NCBI GenBank assembly: GCA_031285625.1
Contig: JAITVV010000095.1
Span: 1-64,000 of the forward strand
Origin: Prevotella sp.
GTDB lineage: Bacteria > Bacteroidota > Bacteroidia > Bacteroidales > Dysgonomonadaceae
DNA length: 64,000 nucleotides
Direction of reading: 5' to 3'
In this document: piece after piece, positions 27,600 through 37,615 of the stretch
How positions within the stretch are numbered: the first letter of the stretch is position 1
Layout: each line of letters begins with the position of its first letter
Position numbers and translations under genes: made by a program
The notes under the pieces: model-generated
The model's database searches: none
What the model was told of the DNA's origin: nothing
What the model saw: the letters and a program-made list of their open reading frames with translations, nothing else

Positions 27600-29072
27600 A
27601 TGTTCAGATTTGGTCATATAATATACACAAAGCTCTTTCAAGTTTACGACTACAATGGAGAGTTTAATCTTGGAGGTATGAGAAGTGCTTTCAAACCGCT
27701 GTTTTCGAAAGAATACAACCCTAAAGTTCGTTTATTTTATCATGGTATTGAGGGTGGACCGAAAAAATGTTTCTTTTCCTATTCTGAGCATTTTCCATTC
27801 ATAAAAAAACTCGGTGCTTTAAAACTGCATATTTCCGGACAAGCATCGAGAGAAACTTGGGGCCAGGATGGTCGGCATCATTTTTTTCAGGAAGAAAAAA
27901 AGATTAAACACGGTGATTCAAAGATTTGTTTTGGCAGGATACCTGCAATTGAGGAATATGCCGGATATCGAGATGTAGCGGAAGATCAGCGTTTCTCTTT
28001 TATGTGTTATTCATTGGACAAGCCTTTATATTTATCAGCTCATTATAAAAGCAAATATGCCTCCAAAGAAATTTGTGTTGCTACGGCTCGGATTTTTATA
28101 CATGTATACTCTAGTGGATTTGTGGCTATTAGTGTTGCTGTAAATCCTCAAAAAGGAGAATTCTATAAGTCATTGGATGATTTTTTGGGGAAATTTGATT
28201 CTAATTATATTAACCCATGGGATGAGCATTCTGAATTTTCTTATTGGAAATCAAGAGTAGCTAATGGCTCTTTGGGTAAGATAGTAAAGACGGTTGTTAG
28301 TTTATTGTCCGATTCGATTTTTGAAAATGAATCATTCGTAGAGGAAAGTAAATTAAGTAAGTCTGCTAAGGGTGGGTGGCATAAATCCATCATGTTGCAT
28401 TGCGATGAACCGGCGGAAACGATAATCAGCCGTTTCAATCTCAAAAATCCCATAAAAATTGGGGAACTGTGCAAGTTCGTTTTCGAGGCAGAGGAGTGGC
28501 GTAAAAAACAGGGCTATGAAGATGAGCAAGGTGATTGGGGGATGTGCAATCGTATGCCGGAAAAAGATAAATCGTTCAATTATTACTTATTTGACAAGGA
28601 TATAGACTTGCTCAATTACTCAGGTAGGCTGAGAAACACATTTGTACGGCATAGATTTTGGTTGAGTCATGGGATTTTAGAAAAAACGATGATCCAAAAA
28701 GCTATTTTGGAATTATATGCAAAACATTTTCGTGAAGAAATTTCTAATCTTCAAAAATGGCAATTATCCAAGGACGCACAACTGATTGAAGGACGTTTTT
28801 TACAATTATCGGTATTTCACAAGACCATATACGAACACATCAAATACCTCAAGTCTTTTGTTAGAGATATGATACCTTTTGAGAGGAATCTTCATTCAAA
28901 ATATGGTGAAACAATCGGTTTGAACAAAATTTTTGAGGATATTGATACACTGCTCCCGTTGTGGATGGAAGAATGTAGAGTTTACAAGGCATTGGGTATA
29001 AGGTATGTTGATGATGTTATATCCTGTTGTGAAAAAATTAAAAAAGTAATCCCGTTATTATCGTTATTATGA
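27600..29072 (+). CDS. Hypothetical AT-rich cargo protein (~490 aa)
   Basis: Long ORF with its own TATATTTG motif (27513-27520) and a downstream terminator; no family recognised. Confidence 0.7.
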   Translation: MFRFGHIIYTKLFQVYDYNGEFNLGGMRSAFKPLFSKEYNPKVRLFYHGIEGGPKKCFFSYSEHFPFIKKLGALKLHISGQASRETWGQDGRHHFFQEEKKIKHGDSKICFGRIPAIEEYAGYRDVAEDQRFSFMCYSLDKPLYLSAHYKSKYASKEICVATARIFIHVYSSGFVAISVAVNPQKGEFYKSLDDFLGKFDSNYINPWDEHSEFSYWKSRVANGSLGKIVKTVVSLLSDSIFENESFVEESKLSKSAKGGWHKSIMLHCDEPAETIISRFNLKNPIKIGELCKFVFEAEEWRKKQGYEDEQGDWGMCNRMPEKDKSFNYYLFDKDIDLLNYSGRLRNTFVRHRFWLSHGILEKTMIQKAILELYAKHFREEISNLQKWQLSKDAQLIEGRFLQLSVFHKTIYEHIKYLKSFVRDMIPFERNLHSKYGETIGLNKIFEDIDTLLPLWMEECRVYKALGIRYVDDVISCCEKIKKVIPLLSLL

Positions 29073-29153
29073 AGAAAGAATCTTACCCAAGTTGCCTATA
29101 AATTTTCGATATTCTTCAACAACTTTAATGTATAGAAGAAGTGATGATTGTAA

Positions 29154-29195
29154 ACAAAAAGCCGAAAAAATGTTTCTCTTTCTCCGGCTTTTTGT
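29154..29195. terminator. Bidirectional terminator
   Basis: acaaaaagccg...cggctttttgt. Confidence 0.6.
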
Positions 29196-29213
29196 TCGGT
29201 ATAATGTACCTGT

Positions 29214-29624
29214 TCAATTCCACCATGCATTCTGACTTACATCTACCAACATCGCATCCAAAGACTTTATCTTAGCAATTTGTTCCACGAACCACATTCT
29301 CAGCGTTCTTGATTCGGGAGTATCCAACCGGAAAGCCATTGTGATAATCACAACCAGATTTACTTCCGTTATATCATAACTGACACGCCTGCTTCCGGCT
29401 ATAATGTGATATTTGCAGGTTTCCTCCACTTTCAGCATGTTCTTTTCAAACAATTCTTTGATGCACAGGTCAATATCTTGCATGTAACATCCGAAGAGTT
29501 CGCAAAGTTCGTTCCTGTCCATCCAAACAGTCCCGCTTACGGGCTGGAAGACTACGCTCATCTTATTGTTGCAGGTAATCCTGATGGATAACAGCCCCTT
29601 GTTGTTACCAGTTCTCTTTTTCAT
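29214..29624 (-). CDS. RhuM-like small DNA-binding protein
   Basis: VWMDRNELCELFG..I..LF..L; NL.VIITMAFRLDTPESRTLRMW; coupled to the integrase. Confidence 0.6.
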   Translation of the reverse strand: MKKRTGNNKGLLSIRITCNNKMSVVFQPVSGTVWMDRNELCELFGCYMQDIDLCIKELFEKNMLKVEETCKYHIIAGSRRVSYDITEVNLVVIITMAFRLDTPESRTLRMWFVEQIAKIKSLDAMLVDVSQNAWWN

Positions 29625-30967
29625 ATCGCTTCCTCCAGTTCTAATTGGTTTCGTTTTACAAATTCAGTATTATCTCTCTCAAATTCAAGTAAATCAGCCG
29701 TTTGGTTTTCTTTGGTATCATTAGCGCCATTCTTCGGCAATTGATACTTGTTTCCAATTCGGCTTTCCAGTAACTTCATGTCTTCATCCATCTTCATATT
29801 GGTCACTTCCGCATAAATCTGGGTAGTCTTTATGCTCCGGTGTCCCATCGTCCGGCTCAGTGTTTCAATCGGAACACCGTTCGACAGGCAAATGGTCGTT
29901 GCCCAGCTATGACGGGCTGTGTGGTAGTCCAAAGGCTTTTTGAGGTTGTAGAACTTGCTGAGTTCCGCCAAGTGATTGTTCATTGTTGTGTAACAGAAGA
30001 AATCAAAAACCTTGTCGGTGTTCTTCTTTCCCTTGAATTTTTCTATAATAGATAAGGGGATATCCAACAGTGGAATACAGCATTCTGTTGTGGTCTTCGT
30101 CCTATCCTTGAATATCCACGTATGACCATCCTTATCGGTCTTAATATCACTCCATTTCAGGTTACATACATCTGCATAAGCCAATCCTGTAAAAGTTGAA
30201 AAAATGAACAGATTCCTTACTTTGTTTATATTCTTCTTGGGATGTGGAGTAGCCAGTATCGTATGCAAATCTTCCCTCGAAATCCAGCGGCGGGAGGATT
30301 TCCTGCCATCGGCATAGAACCTACGAACAGGATTACGATAGATAATCTCCTTATTGACCGCCCGCTCAATGGTATGTTTCAGAAAGCGGACATAGTTCTG
30401 AATGGTATATGTGGCAAAATTGCGGACGGTCAGCAGATAAAAATGATAATCTTCCATAAACTGCTTGTTGATCCGGGAGAACTCGATATCATCTACGCCG
30501 TATTTATATTTAAGGAAATCACGGATAACATTATAGGCGTTCCCATACCTGTAATAGGTCTTTTGAGCATGGGTAATCCCAATGCTGTTTTTTATTTCCT
30601 CTTTCATCAGGGCAAATTCTTTCAGGAGCGTAATTTCGTTTGTACCTATCCCCTGAATGGCATTTTTGATGCCCTCGGCTGTAACATATCCGCTTCGCTC
30701 GATGTCCCGCTGGTAATACTGTTCAATATCTCTTTTCAGTTCTTCCAACCGGAGGTTAATACGTTTGCTGTCCTTCCCTTTTCCGGTACAGCATCCTTCT
30801 TCGGGATTCCAAAACTTGGGTTCTATTTCTTCTTTAGTGCTGTACTGAACGGCTTTTCCGTCCACAGTGATTCTTCCGAGTATGGGGCATTTGCCGTTCT
30901 TCTTTATCTTCTGCCTGTTGATGTAAAACAGGATGCTGAAAGTGCTGCGTATATTTTTTGTTGTCAT
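29621..30967 (-). CDS. Tyrosine site-specific integrase (IntDOT-like)
   Basis: RSTFSILFYIN arm-binding N-terminus; FTGLAYAD; RTKT; YHTARHSWAT; MGHRSIKTTQIYA. Confidence 0.93.
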   Translation of the reverse strand: MTTKNIRSTFSILFYINRQKIKKNGKCPILGRITVDGKAVQYSTKEEIEPKFWNPEEGCCTGKGKDSKRINLRLEELKRDIEQYYQRDIERSGYVTAEGIKNAIQGIGTNEITLLKEFALMKEEIKNSIGITHAQKTYYRYGNAYNVIRDFLKYKYGVDDIEFSRINKQFMEDYHFYLLTVRNFATYTIQNYVRFLKHTIERAVNKEIIYRNPVRRFYADGRKSSRRWISREDLHTILATPHPKKNINKVRNLFIFSTFTGLAYADVCNLKWSDIKTDKDGHTWIFKDRTKTTTECCIPLLDIPLSIIEKFKGKKNTDKVFDFFCYTTMNNHLAELSKFYNLKKPLDYHTARHSWATTICLSNGVPIETLSRTMGHRSIKTTQIYAEVTNMKMDEDMKLLESRIGNKYQLPKNGANDTKENQTADLLEFERDNTEFVKRNQLELEEAI

Positions 30968-31026
30968 GGTTCTATTTTTTTTATTGGTAAATTTTATTGA
31001 TAACTATTTTTGTTACGGTTGTTATT

Positions 31027-32283
31027 CTAATTGATCAGAACATACTTGCCGTTGATTTTCTCAGACAATACCATTATATCTTTCAGGATTTTGTCGGTGG
31101 ACACTTCGGCATACGTCTGTGTCGTTTTAATACTCTGATGTCCGAGCATTTTACTGACCGTTTCTATCGGAACTCCCTCTGACAGTGTGATTAAGGAAGC
31201 GAATGTATGGCGACTTTGATGATACGAAAGATTCCGTCCGAGACCGCATTGCTTATCAATCTTTTTCAAATGATTGAGGGTATTCTGATATTCAGGAACG
31301 GGAAATACTTTTCCGCTTGCATTGCTGTCAGTATTTTGATTGGAATCTCGGTTTCTGTACTTCTCAATCAAAGAGAGGGGAATATCCATCAATCGGATAT
31401 TGGAGGCGTTTCCCGTCTTTTGGCGGTGCGTCATAATCCAGTAGCTGCCGTCTTCCTGCCTGACGATATTATCGTAAGTCAGGTTCTTTACATCAATGTA
31501 AGCCAGTCCGCAGAAAGTGGAAAAAACAAACAAGTCGCGGACAATGGCTGTGGTCTCGCTGGTAAATTCCGCCGCCATTATCTTTTCCAAATCCTCCCGG
31601 CTGATGTTCCGGTGTTTGACTTCGGGGGCTTCCAGTTCGTAGGAGAAGAACGGGTCTTTGCCGATGATGCCCTCGTCAATGGCATCGGAAATAACTTCCC
31701 GCATTCTGCCCACAACATTGGCAGTGGTACTTACTGCTAATTTTCGGGTTACACGCAGATAATGAACATATTCTTCGATAAAGGAATAGTTCAGGGCTTT
31801 GAAAGAAATGTCTCCTAATTTGTATTTTGCCTGAATGAACTCCGCTAACAGGGAGTGGGCATACTTAAATCCGGTTAAAGTGGCAATAGCTCTGTCTTTG
31901 CCTACTCGGGCTGAAAACCGCTCAATGATGGTCTCCATGTATGAGCGGAGGGATTCCTGCGCATTGGCGATTCCCTGTACAAGGACTTTCAAATCGAATG
32001 CGGAAAAATTCCGACCCAACCGCAAGGCTTCGTTGTAGCGGGAATAGATCAGCAAGTTTACCTTTTCAATCTGCTTGTTCACTTCAATCGCAAACAGGCT
32101 TTTACCTTTCAGCCGTCCGGCTTTGGCATCCCACAGTTTGACATCGGCATCAATCTTCAGGCTGAACTGAGCCATCGTTTTGCCGACATGGATTCGCCCC
32201 ATGACGGGACATAGACCGTTTTTCCTGCTCTGATTCTTTTTGAGGTAGAATAACACCTTCAACTCATTTGTCATAACGCTCAT
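31027..32283 (-). CDS. Tyrosine site-specific integrase (IntDOT-like)
   Basis: KVLFYLKK; FCGLAYID; RQKT; YHQSRHTFAS; LGHQSIKTTQTYA. Confidence 0.93.
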   Translation of the reverse strand: MSVMTNELKVLFYLKKNQSRKNGLCPVMGRIHVGKTMAQFSLKIDADVKLWDAKAGRLKGKSLFAIEVNKQIEKVNLLIYSRYNEALRLGRNFSAFDLKVLVQGIANAQESLRSYMETIIERFSARVGKDRAIATLTGFKYAHSLLAEFIQAKYKLGDISFKALNYSFIEEYVHYLRVTRKLAVSTTANVVGRMREVISDAIDEGIIGKDPFFSYELEAPEVKHRNISREDLEKIMAAEFTSETTAIVRDLFVFSTFCGLAYIDVKNLTYDNIVRQEDGSYWIMTHRQKTGNASNIRLMDIPLSLIEKYRNRDSNQNTDSNASGKVFPVPEYQNTLNHLKKIDKQCGLGRNLSYHQSRHTFASLITLSEGVPIETVSKMLGHQSIKTTQTYAEVSTDKILKDIMVLSEKINGKYVLIN

Positions 32284-32449
32284 TTTTTAGTTTTAAAATT
32301 ACTTCCAAATGAGTTAATTGAGCTATGAAAAATGAGCGGTCGGCTATCAATGTGCCACGGATAGAAGTTATTTTAGCACGAATCGCTTCGGATTGCACAA
32401 CCGGCTAAAATACAATCTCATAGATAGCATTCAGCTGTGTTTTGCCTCA

Positions 32450-32620
32450 CGAAAAACAGGTAACGGGTAAGTAACGGAAGTCCAACGAGAACAACCTGAT
32501 TTTGCGTTTTTCGACCTGAGACAACATCGGACAACCTGTACATATCGGGCTAAATATCAACGGGTTCATCCTTTTTCGCTTGAAATCACTTTTTTGCAGA
32601 TTCTTTGATACAAAGTTAGA
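32450..32620. other. Probable att-end region of the element
   Basis: Repeated GTAACGG (ggtaacgggtaagtaacgga) arm-type-like sites, TTTGC/CAAAG core-like motifs at about 32590-32619, and a shift to AT-rich host DNA. Confidence 0.45.
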
Positions 32621-32682
32621 AAAAGATATTTTTATCCACTACTTTTGATGTTCTATTTCATTATTCTACTTAACCTTCCAAT

Positions 32683-34095
32683 ATGATAAGTGATTTCTTT
32701 CTGGATAAAATAAAGCAAAATTTTCCTTTTGAGCCTACAAGCCAGCAGCAAATAGCTTTGGAAAAGATTGTTCATTTTCTGTTTTTACAGAAAGAAGAGA
32801 CTTTATTTTTATTGCGGGGATATGCCGGTACGGGTAAGTCTTCACTGCTTGGAGCATTGGTAAAGACAATGACTGAGTTTAAACAAAAGACAGTTTTACT
32901 GGCACCTACAGGTCGAGCTGCAAAAGTGTTCTCATCTTATGCCAATCATCCGGCCTTTACCATCCACAAGAAAATATACAGGCAACAAAAGTTCGCAGGT
33001 GACTTTGGTAGTTTCGGATTGATGGACAATCTGCATAAAGATACTTTGTTCATTGTCGATGAAGCTTCTATGATCAGCAATAATGGCCTCGACTCTTCAT
33101 TCTTTGGTACCGGAAGATTACTTGACGATCTGATCCATTATATTTATTCAGGCGAAAATTGCCGACTCTTATTAATTGGAGACTCTGCTCAGTTGCCTCC
33201 TGTAATGGAAGAAGATAGTCCTGCCTTGCAGACAGCAATCCTTGAAGGATATGGATTGGAGATACATGAGGCTATGTTGTCCCAGATAGTGCGTCAGGCT
33301 GAGAGTTCGGGTATATTATTCAATGCCACTAATATACGTAATGCCCTCAATGAGGGAGAGACAGAGGCTTACCCCAAACTCAAATTAAACGACTTTTCCG
33401 ATATCGTTCGTATTAGTGGCGAAGATCTGATAGATGAAATATCCTCAGCATACAATCGTGAAGGAATAGAAAATACAATGATTATCTCACGATCTAATAA
33501 ACGATCCAACATATACAATCAAGGTGTGCGCAACCGCATCTTATACAGGGAAGAGGAATTGTCTACCGGAGATATGTTGATGATCACCAAAAACAACTAC
33601 TACTGGACAGAAAATATAGAAGGAATAGATTTCCTTGCCAACGGAGAGATTGTAGAAGTGCTTCGTATCCGTGGCGAGCAGCAGCTTTACGGCTTTCGTT
33701 TCAGGGACGTTTTGGTACGTAGCGTAGACTATGATATCGAACTGGAGATAAAAATACTAATGGACACATTGTATTCGGATGCCGCAGGACTTACGCGTGA
33801 ACGTTCCGAGGAACTGTTTTTGAATGTATTGGAGGATTATGCTGATATCCCAAACAAACCTGCTAAGATGAAAAAATTAAAGGTTGATCCATACTTTAAT
33901 GCTGTTCAGGTAAAGTTTGCATACGCTGTTACCTGCCACAAAGCTCAGGGAGGCGAATGGGATATAGTCTTTCTCGATCTGGGTTATATTTCGGAAGAAC
34001 ATTTAGGTATAGGCTTCTATCGCTGGCTGTATACGGCAATTACCCGTGCAGGAAAGAAATTATATTTGGTAAACCTTCCGGATGAGTTTGTCTGA
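32683..34095 (+). CDS. RecD-like SF1B DNA helicase
   Basis: GYAGTGKS; APTGRAA; VDEASM; GDSAQLPPV; TCHKAQGGEW; LYTAITRA. Confidence 0.92.
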   Translation: MISDFFLDKIKQNFPFEPTSQQQIALEKIVHFLFLQKEETLFLLRGYAGTGKSSLLGALVKTMTEFKQKTVLLAPTGRAAKVFSSYANHPAFTIHKKIYRQQKFAGDFGSFGLMDNLHKDTLFIVDEASMISNNGLDSSFFGTGRLLDDLIHYIYSGENCRLLLIGDSAQLPPVMEEDSPALQTAILEGYGLEIHEAMLSQIVRQAESSGILFNATNIRNALNEGETEAYPKLKLNDFSDIVRISGEDLIDEISSAYNREGIENTMIISRSNKRSNIYNQGVRNRILYREEELSTGDMLMITKNNYYWTENIEGIDFLANGEIVEVLRIRGEQQLYGFRFRDVLVRSVDYDIELEIKILMDTLYSDAAGLTRERSEELFLNVLEDYADIPNKPAKMKKLKVDPYFNAVQVKFAYAVTCHKAQGGEWDIVFLDLGYISEEHLGIGFYRWLYTAITRAGKKLYLVNLPDEFV

Positions 34096-35046
34096 TTAAT
34101 TCCCGGAATTAGCCTTAATATAATCCTCTATCTGAAAATCCTTCTTCATTATCGGTTTACCGATCTGTTTAACCACTGTGTTTATCATCAGTTGTTTCTT
34201 ATCTAAAACCAATCTGTCTATAAAGATATTTATTTCATCCAGATTGTCAACCATTGGATCATTGGCTATTTCGTGAGCGGCATCTTCTATTTTGTGAAAG
34301 AAGTATGGATAATTCAGGCTGTCAAATTGTTCTGCAATATGTTTCGATCCATAGAATCCAATATTATACATCTCAATCTTATCATAAGGGACATTGCTAT
34401 CAGCGTCGCCATGAAACATTTGTATAGGTGCAGGCGCATCTTTCCATTTCAGATCGCCATCCATACTGAATATAGCTCCGGCAAACGAGATCACTCCTGC
34501 ATAGTTAAAATCCCCGGGTAGCACCTGGGCAAGTTTTGTCTTGTTACTGATGTTATACGCTCCCTGCAATACAGAGATTGCCCCGGCACTCGATCCATTT
34601 GCTATTATTACATTTTTGTCAATACCCCATTCATCAGCATGTTCTATAACAAATAATGTAGCATCGAACAGATCTTCCACCGCCATTGATATACTATTAT
34701 TCAATGTTACTACAGAACGCATCAGGTCCGTTTGTAGGCCTGCATTCTTCATCCCAAGACGATAATCAATAGATACTACTATGTACCCTTTGTTGACTAG
34801 TTTATTAAAATACTCTACATAGTAATTATCATCCCTTTTCCCATTTGCAAATCCACCACCAAACATAAAAATAATACAAGGTTTAGCTTCATTTACAGTC
34901 TCATTCTTTAAACTATACTTATCAAGCTGCAATGTATTGCCATCCTTCACCGAATAAGTAAATATCTGCTTGTCTATTCCACCATTGGCAGATATACCAA
35001 TACATACAAAAAGAGAAAGAAATAAAATTATCATCTTTGTTCTCAT
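34096..35046 (-). CDS. Secreted alpha/beta hydrolase (esterase/lipase)
   Basis: FGGGF oxyanion motif; GSSAG nucleophile; HGDAD; signal peptide. Confidence 0.85.
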   Translation of the reverse strand: MRTKMIILFLSLFVCIGISANGGIDKQIFTYSVKDGNTLQLDKYSLKNETVNEAKPCIIFMFGGGFANGKRDDNYYVEYFNKLVNKGYIVVSIDYRLGMKNAGLQTDLMRSVVTLNNSISMAVEDLFDATLFVIEHADEWGIDKNVIIANGSSAGAISVLQGAYNISNKTKLAQVLPGDFNYAGVISFAGAIFSMDGDLKWKDAPAPIQMFHGDADSNVPYDKIEMYNIGFYGSKHIAEQFDSLNYPYFFHKIEDAAHEIANDPMVDNLDEINIFIDRLVLDKKQLMINTVVKQIGKPIMKKDFQIEDYIKANSGN

Positions 35047-35066
35047 GGCAAATTATATTAAGTGAA

Positions 35067-36071
35067 TTAATGGGTTATTTTGTATAGTAGCTCTTTCAAC
35101 AGTTCTCCATCACGGGTTGAGGTATTGTCCACACCTTTCGATTTTGCATCATAAGTTCGTAACAAACTGATGATTTCCATACATTTAAAAGCATTGTAAT
35201 TCTTTAGCGCAACAACATAGTCTTTAGCCTGGTACGGGTTTCTGAATCCCAATTCAGTTGCTATACCCTGTTCTGTCTTGTTTTTCGCCCAATAACAGAT
35301 CATCAGGTTACTGAAAAAGTTGAAGAGTATCGACATCGTCATTATCATCGGGTTATTCTTCGGGTTTTTCTCGAAGTAATCTGCGATCTGGTTTACCTTA
35401 AAGATATTCTTATTAATAATAGCATTCAGTAGTTCAAAATTGTTGAAATCTTTACTGATACCTATATTTTCTTCTATCAGCTCTGCTGTTATTTGTCTCT
35501 GGTTTGGCGGAATTGCTATCAGTAGTTTAGCTACTTCATTCGTTATTTTGCTCAGGTCGTTACCCAGATAATCAGATAGCATTTGTGCAGATTTCTGGTC
35601 TATACTCAGGTTCTTTGATTGAATATACGATGAGATAAAAGCGGGGATTTTATAATCTGGAATCTTCTTTGATTCCATAATTACTCCTTGCTTATCTATT
35701 TCGGCATATAACTTTTTCCGTTTATCAAGCGATCCGTTTTTATAATTGAGAACCAGTATCGTTGTATTGAGCGGATTCTTAACATATATTTCCAGCTCCT
35801 CTATCTTACTCAGGTTCTGAGCTTCCTTTATTACAATAAGCTGATAGTCTGACATCATCGGATAACTGCGTGCCAATGTGATCACGGTTCTCACATCTGT
35901 CTCCATTCCATAGAGGATATTCTGATTAAAATCCCTCTCTTCTTCCGGTAGTACGTAACTTGTCAGCATTTCTGTCAACTCGTCTATATAATAAGGCTCA
36001 TCGCCCATAAGTAGATATACAGGCTTATATTTTCGCGCTTTTATGTCGGCTTTTATTTGTTCAAAAGTCAT
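35067..36071 (-). CDS. holA: DNA polymerase III delta subunit
   Basis: PVYLLMGDEPYYID; FNQNILYG; IGISKDFNNFEL. Confidence 0.93.
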   Translation of the reverse strand: MTFEQIKADIKARKYKPVYLLMGDEPYYIDELTEMLTSYVLPEEERDFNQNILYGMETDVRTVITLARSYPMMSDYQLIVIKEAQNLSKIEELEIYVKNPLNTTILVLNYKNGSLDKRKKLYAEIDKQGVIMESKKIPDYKIPAFISSYIQSKNLSIDQKSAQMLSDYLGNDLSKITNEVAKLLIAIPPNQRQITAELIEENIGISKDFNNFELLNAIINKNIFKVNQIADYFEKNPKNNPMIMTMSILFNFFSNLMICYWAKNKTEQGIATELGFRNPYQAKDYVVALKNYNAFKCMEIISLLRTYDAKSKGVDNTSTRDGELLKELLYKITH

Positions 36072-36073
36072 AG

Positions 36074-36847
36074 TTATTCAAAACGCAGATGTTTAACTGT
36101 TTCTCCGTTATTAATTAATGTTCTTAAAGCTTCTATACCTACCATTACATGTTCTTCAACAAAGTTTTTTGTGACTATGCTGTCGCTCTTTTCGGTCTTC
36201 ACTCCATCGGATATCATAGGTTGATCCGAAACGAGCAGCAAAGCTCCTGTAGGGATCTGATTGGCAAATCCGCATGTAAACAGAGTTGCGGTTTCCATAT
36301 CTACAGCCATTGTACGTATTCTTCTCAGATAGTCTTTAAAGACCTCGTCATATTCCCATACTCGACGATTCGTGGTATATACAGTTCCAGTCCAATAGTC
36401 ACGATTATGGTTACGTATGGTCGATGATACTGATCTCAGCAGACTAAATGCCGGTAGCGATGGCACCTCGGGCGGAAAGTAGTCATTAGATGTACCCTCT
36501 CCCCTGATAGCAGCAATAGGCAGAATGTAATCTCCCAGATTATTATGTTTCTTTATACCTCCGCATTTACCTAAAAAGAGTACGGCTTCGGGCTCAATAG
36601 CACTTAGTAAGTCCATTATGGTGGCAGCATTGGCACTACCCATACCAAAGTTTATAATAGTGATACCTTCAGCCGAAGCATTCGGCATATTACCATCCCG
36701 TCCTACTATGGGTACATTAAAATGGTTGGCAAATACTTCTACATATTTGGCAAAGTTGGTTAATAGTATATGTTTAGTAAATTGCTCCAGCGGTCTTTTC
36801 GTGTAACGTGGAAGCCAATTATCTACAATTTCTTGCTTTGTTTTCAT
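36074..36847 (-). CDS. amn: AMP nucleosidase (Bacteroidota short form)
   Basis: INFGMGSANAA; GKCGG; RGEGTSNDY; DMETAT; LLVSDQP. Confidence 0.88.
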   Translation of the reverse strand: MKTKQEIVDNWLPRYTKRPLEQFTKHILLTNFAKYVEVFANHFNVPIVGRDGNMPNASAEGITIINFGMGSANAATIMDLLSAIEPEAVLFLGKCGGIKKHNNLGDYILPIAAIRGEGTSNDYFPPEVPSLPAFSLLRSVSSTIRNHNRDYWTGTVYTTNRRVWEYDEVFKDYLRRIRTMAVDMETATLFTCGFANQIPTGALLLVSDQPMISDGVKTEKSDSIVTKNFVEEHVMVGIEALRTLINNGETVKHLRFE

Positions 36848-36923
36848 ATTAGTTCTACTTTTGTTTTGTATAAAACAAGTATTTTCTCTTTATTGTTTGA
36901 TACAGATTTAACAAAGGTAACAA

Positions 36924-37373
36924 ATGTTGAACTTAAATTTACCCCCTTTCAATATAAATGTAAAAAAAACAGATGGGAAGTTATCCGTTTGGGATCCGTT
37001 GCGGCGTAAGTTTGTTGCCCTCACGCCTGAGGAGTGGGTAAGACAGCATTTCGTGAATTTTCTGTTAACGGAAAAAGGATATCCTTCTGCACTTGTAGCC
37101 AACGAAATCCAGATCAACCTGAATAATCAGAAGAGGCGTTGCGACTCTGTTATTTATGACCGCAATCTGACTCCGTTGATGATAATAGAATACAAGGCTC
37201 CTGATGTAAATATTACCCAGTCGGTATTTGATCAGATCGTGAGATATAACATTGTACTGAAGGTAAAATACCTGATAGTATCAAACGGAATGAACCATTT
37301 CTGCTGTGAAATGAATTATGTAGATCAGACCTTTTGTTATTTACCGGATATACCTTTATATACGGATTTATAA
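36924..37373 (+). CDS. HsdR N-terminal domain-containing protein (standalone)
   Basis: RRKFVALTPEEWVRQHF; IEYKAP; QIVRYN; VSNG. Confidence 0.85.
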   Translation: MLNLNLPPFNINVKKTDGKLSVWDPLRRKFVALTPEEWVRQHFVNFLLTEKGYPSALVANEIQINLNNQKRRCDSVIYDRNLTPLMIIEYKAPDVNITQSVFDQIVRYNIVLKVKYLIVSNGMNHFCCEMNYVDQTFCYLPDIPLYTDL

Positions 37374-37523
37374 AAAGTAACAAAAGTGACAGGTTTATAT
37401 ATATTTTTCATGTTACTTTTTTTCTATATCAAAGCTCTCTTTATATAAGATAATTATTAAAGATAGAGGTAACTATTTTTATTAGTGCGACACATCAAAA
37501 GGTCTAGTTTTTCTAATTCTTCC

Positions 37524-37597
37524 TGTCATCCTGAACAAAGTGAAGGATCTCTTAACACCTTTCCATTAAATGGGTCGAGATGTTCCTCAGCATGACA
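37524..37597. repeat. REP-like palindromic element
   Basis: TGTCATCCTGAACAAAGTGAAGGATCTC...GAGATGTTCCTCAGCATGACA between convergent genes. Confidence 0.65.
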
Positions 37598-37615
37598 AAA
37601 GGTTGTTTAAGAATT

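Larger units (their letters stand above)
1..32615. mobile_element. Right arm of a CTnDOT-like integrative (conjugative or mobilizable) element with toxin cargo; left boundary outside the window, right boundary approximate
   Basis: Tandem tyrosine integrases, HTH excisionase-like genes, rteC, DUF3945/DUF1896/methylase-helicase block and relaxase remnant; housekeeping genes resume at 32683. Whether 1-14.5 kb belongs to the same element is inferred. Confidence 0.7.

Noticed and set aside
29621-32283. Integrases lack the first catalytic Arg (GLAY instead of GxR), suggesting inactivity
   Set aside because: This substitution is normal in IntDOT-family integrases; the other catalytic residues are present.
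36924-37373. Type I restriction-modification system
   Set aside because: Only the standalone HsdR N-terminal domain gene, commonly found beside amn/holA in Bacteroidota; no hsdM or hsdS.
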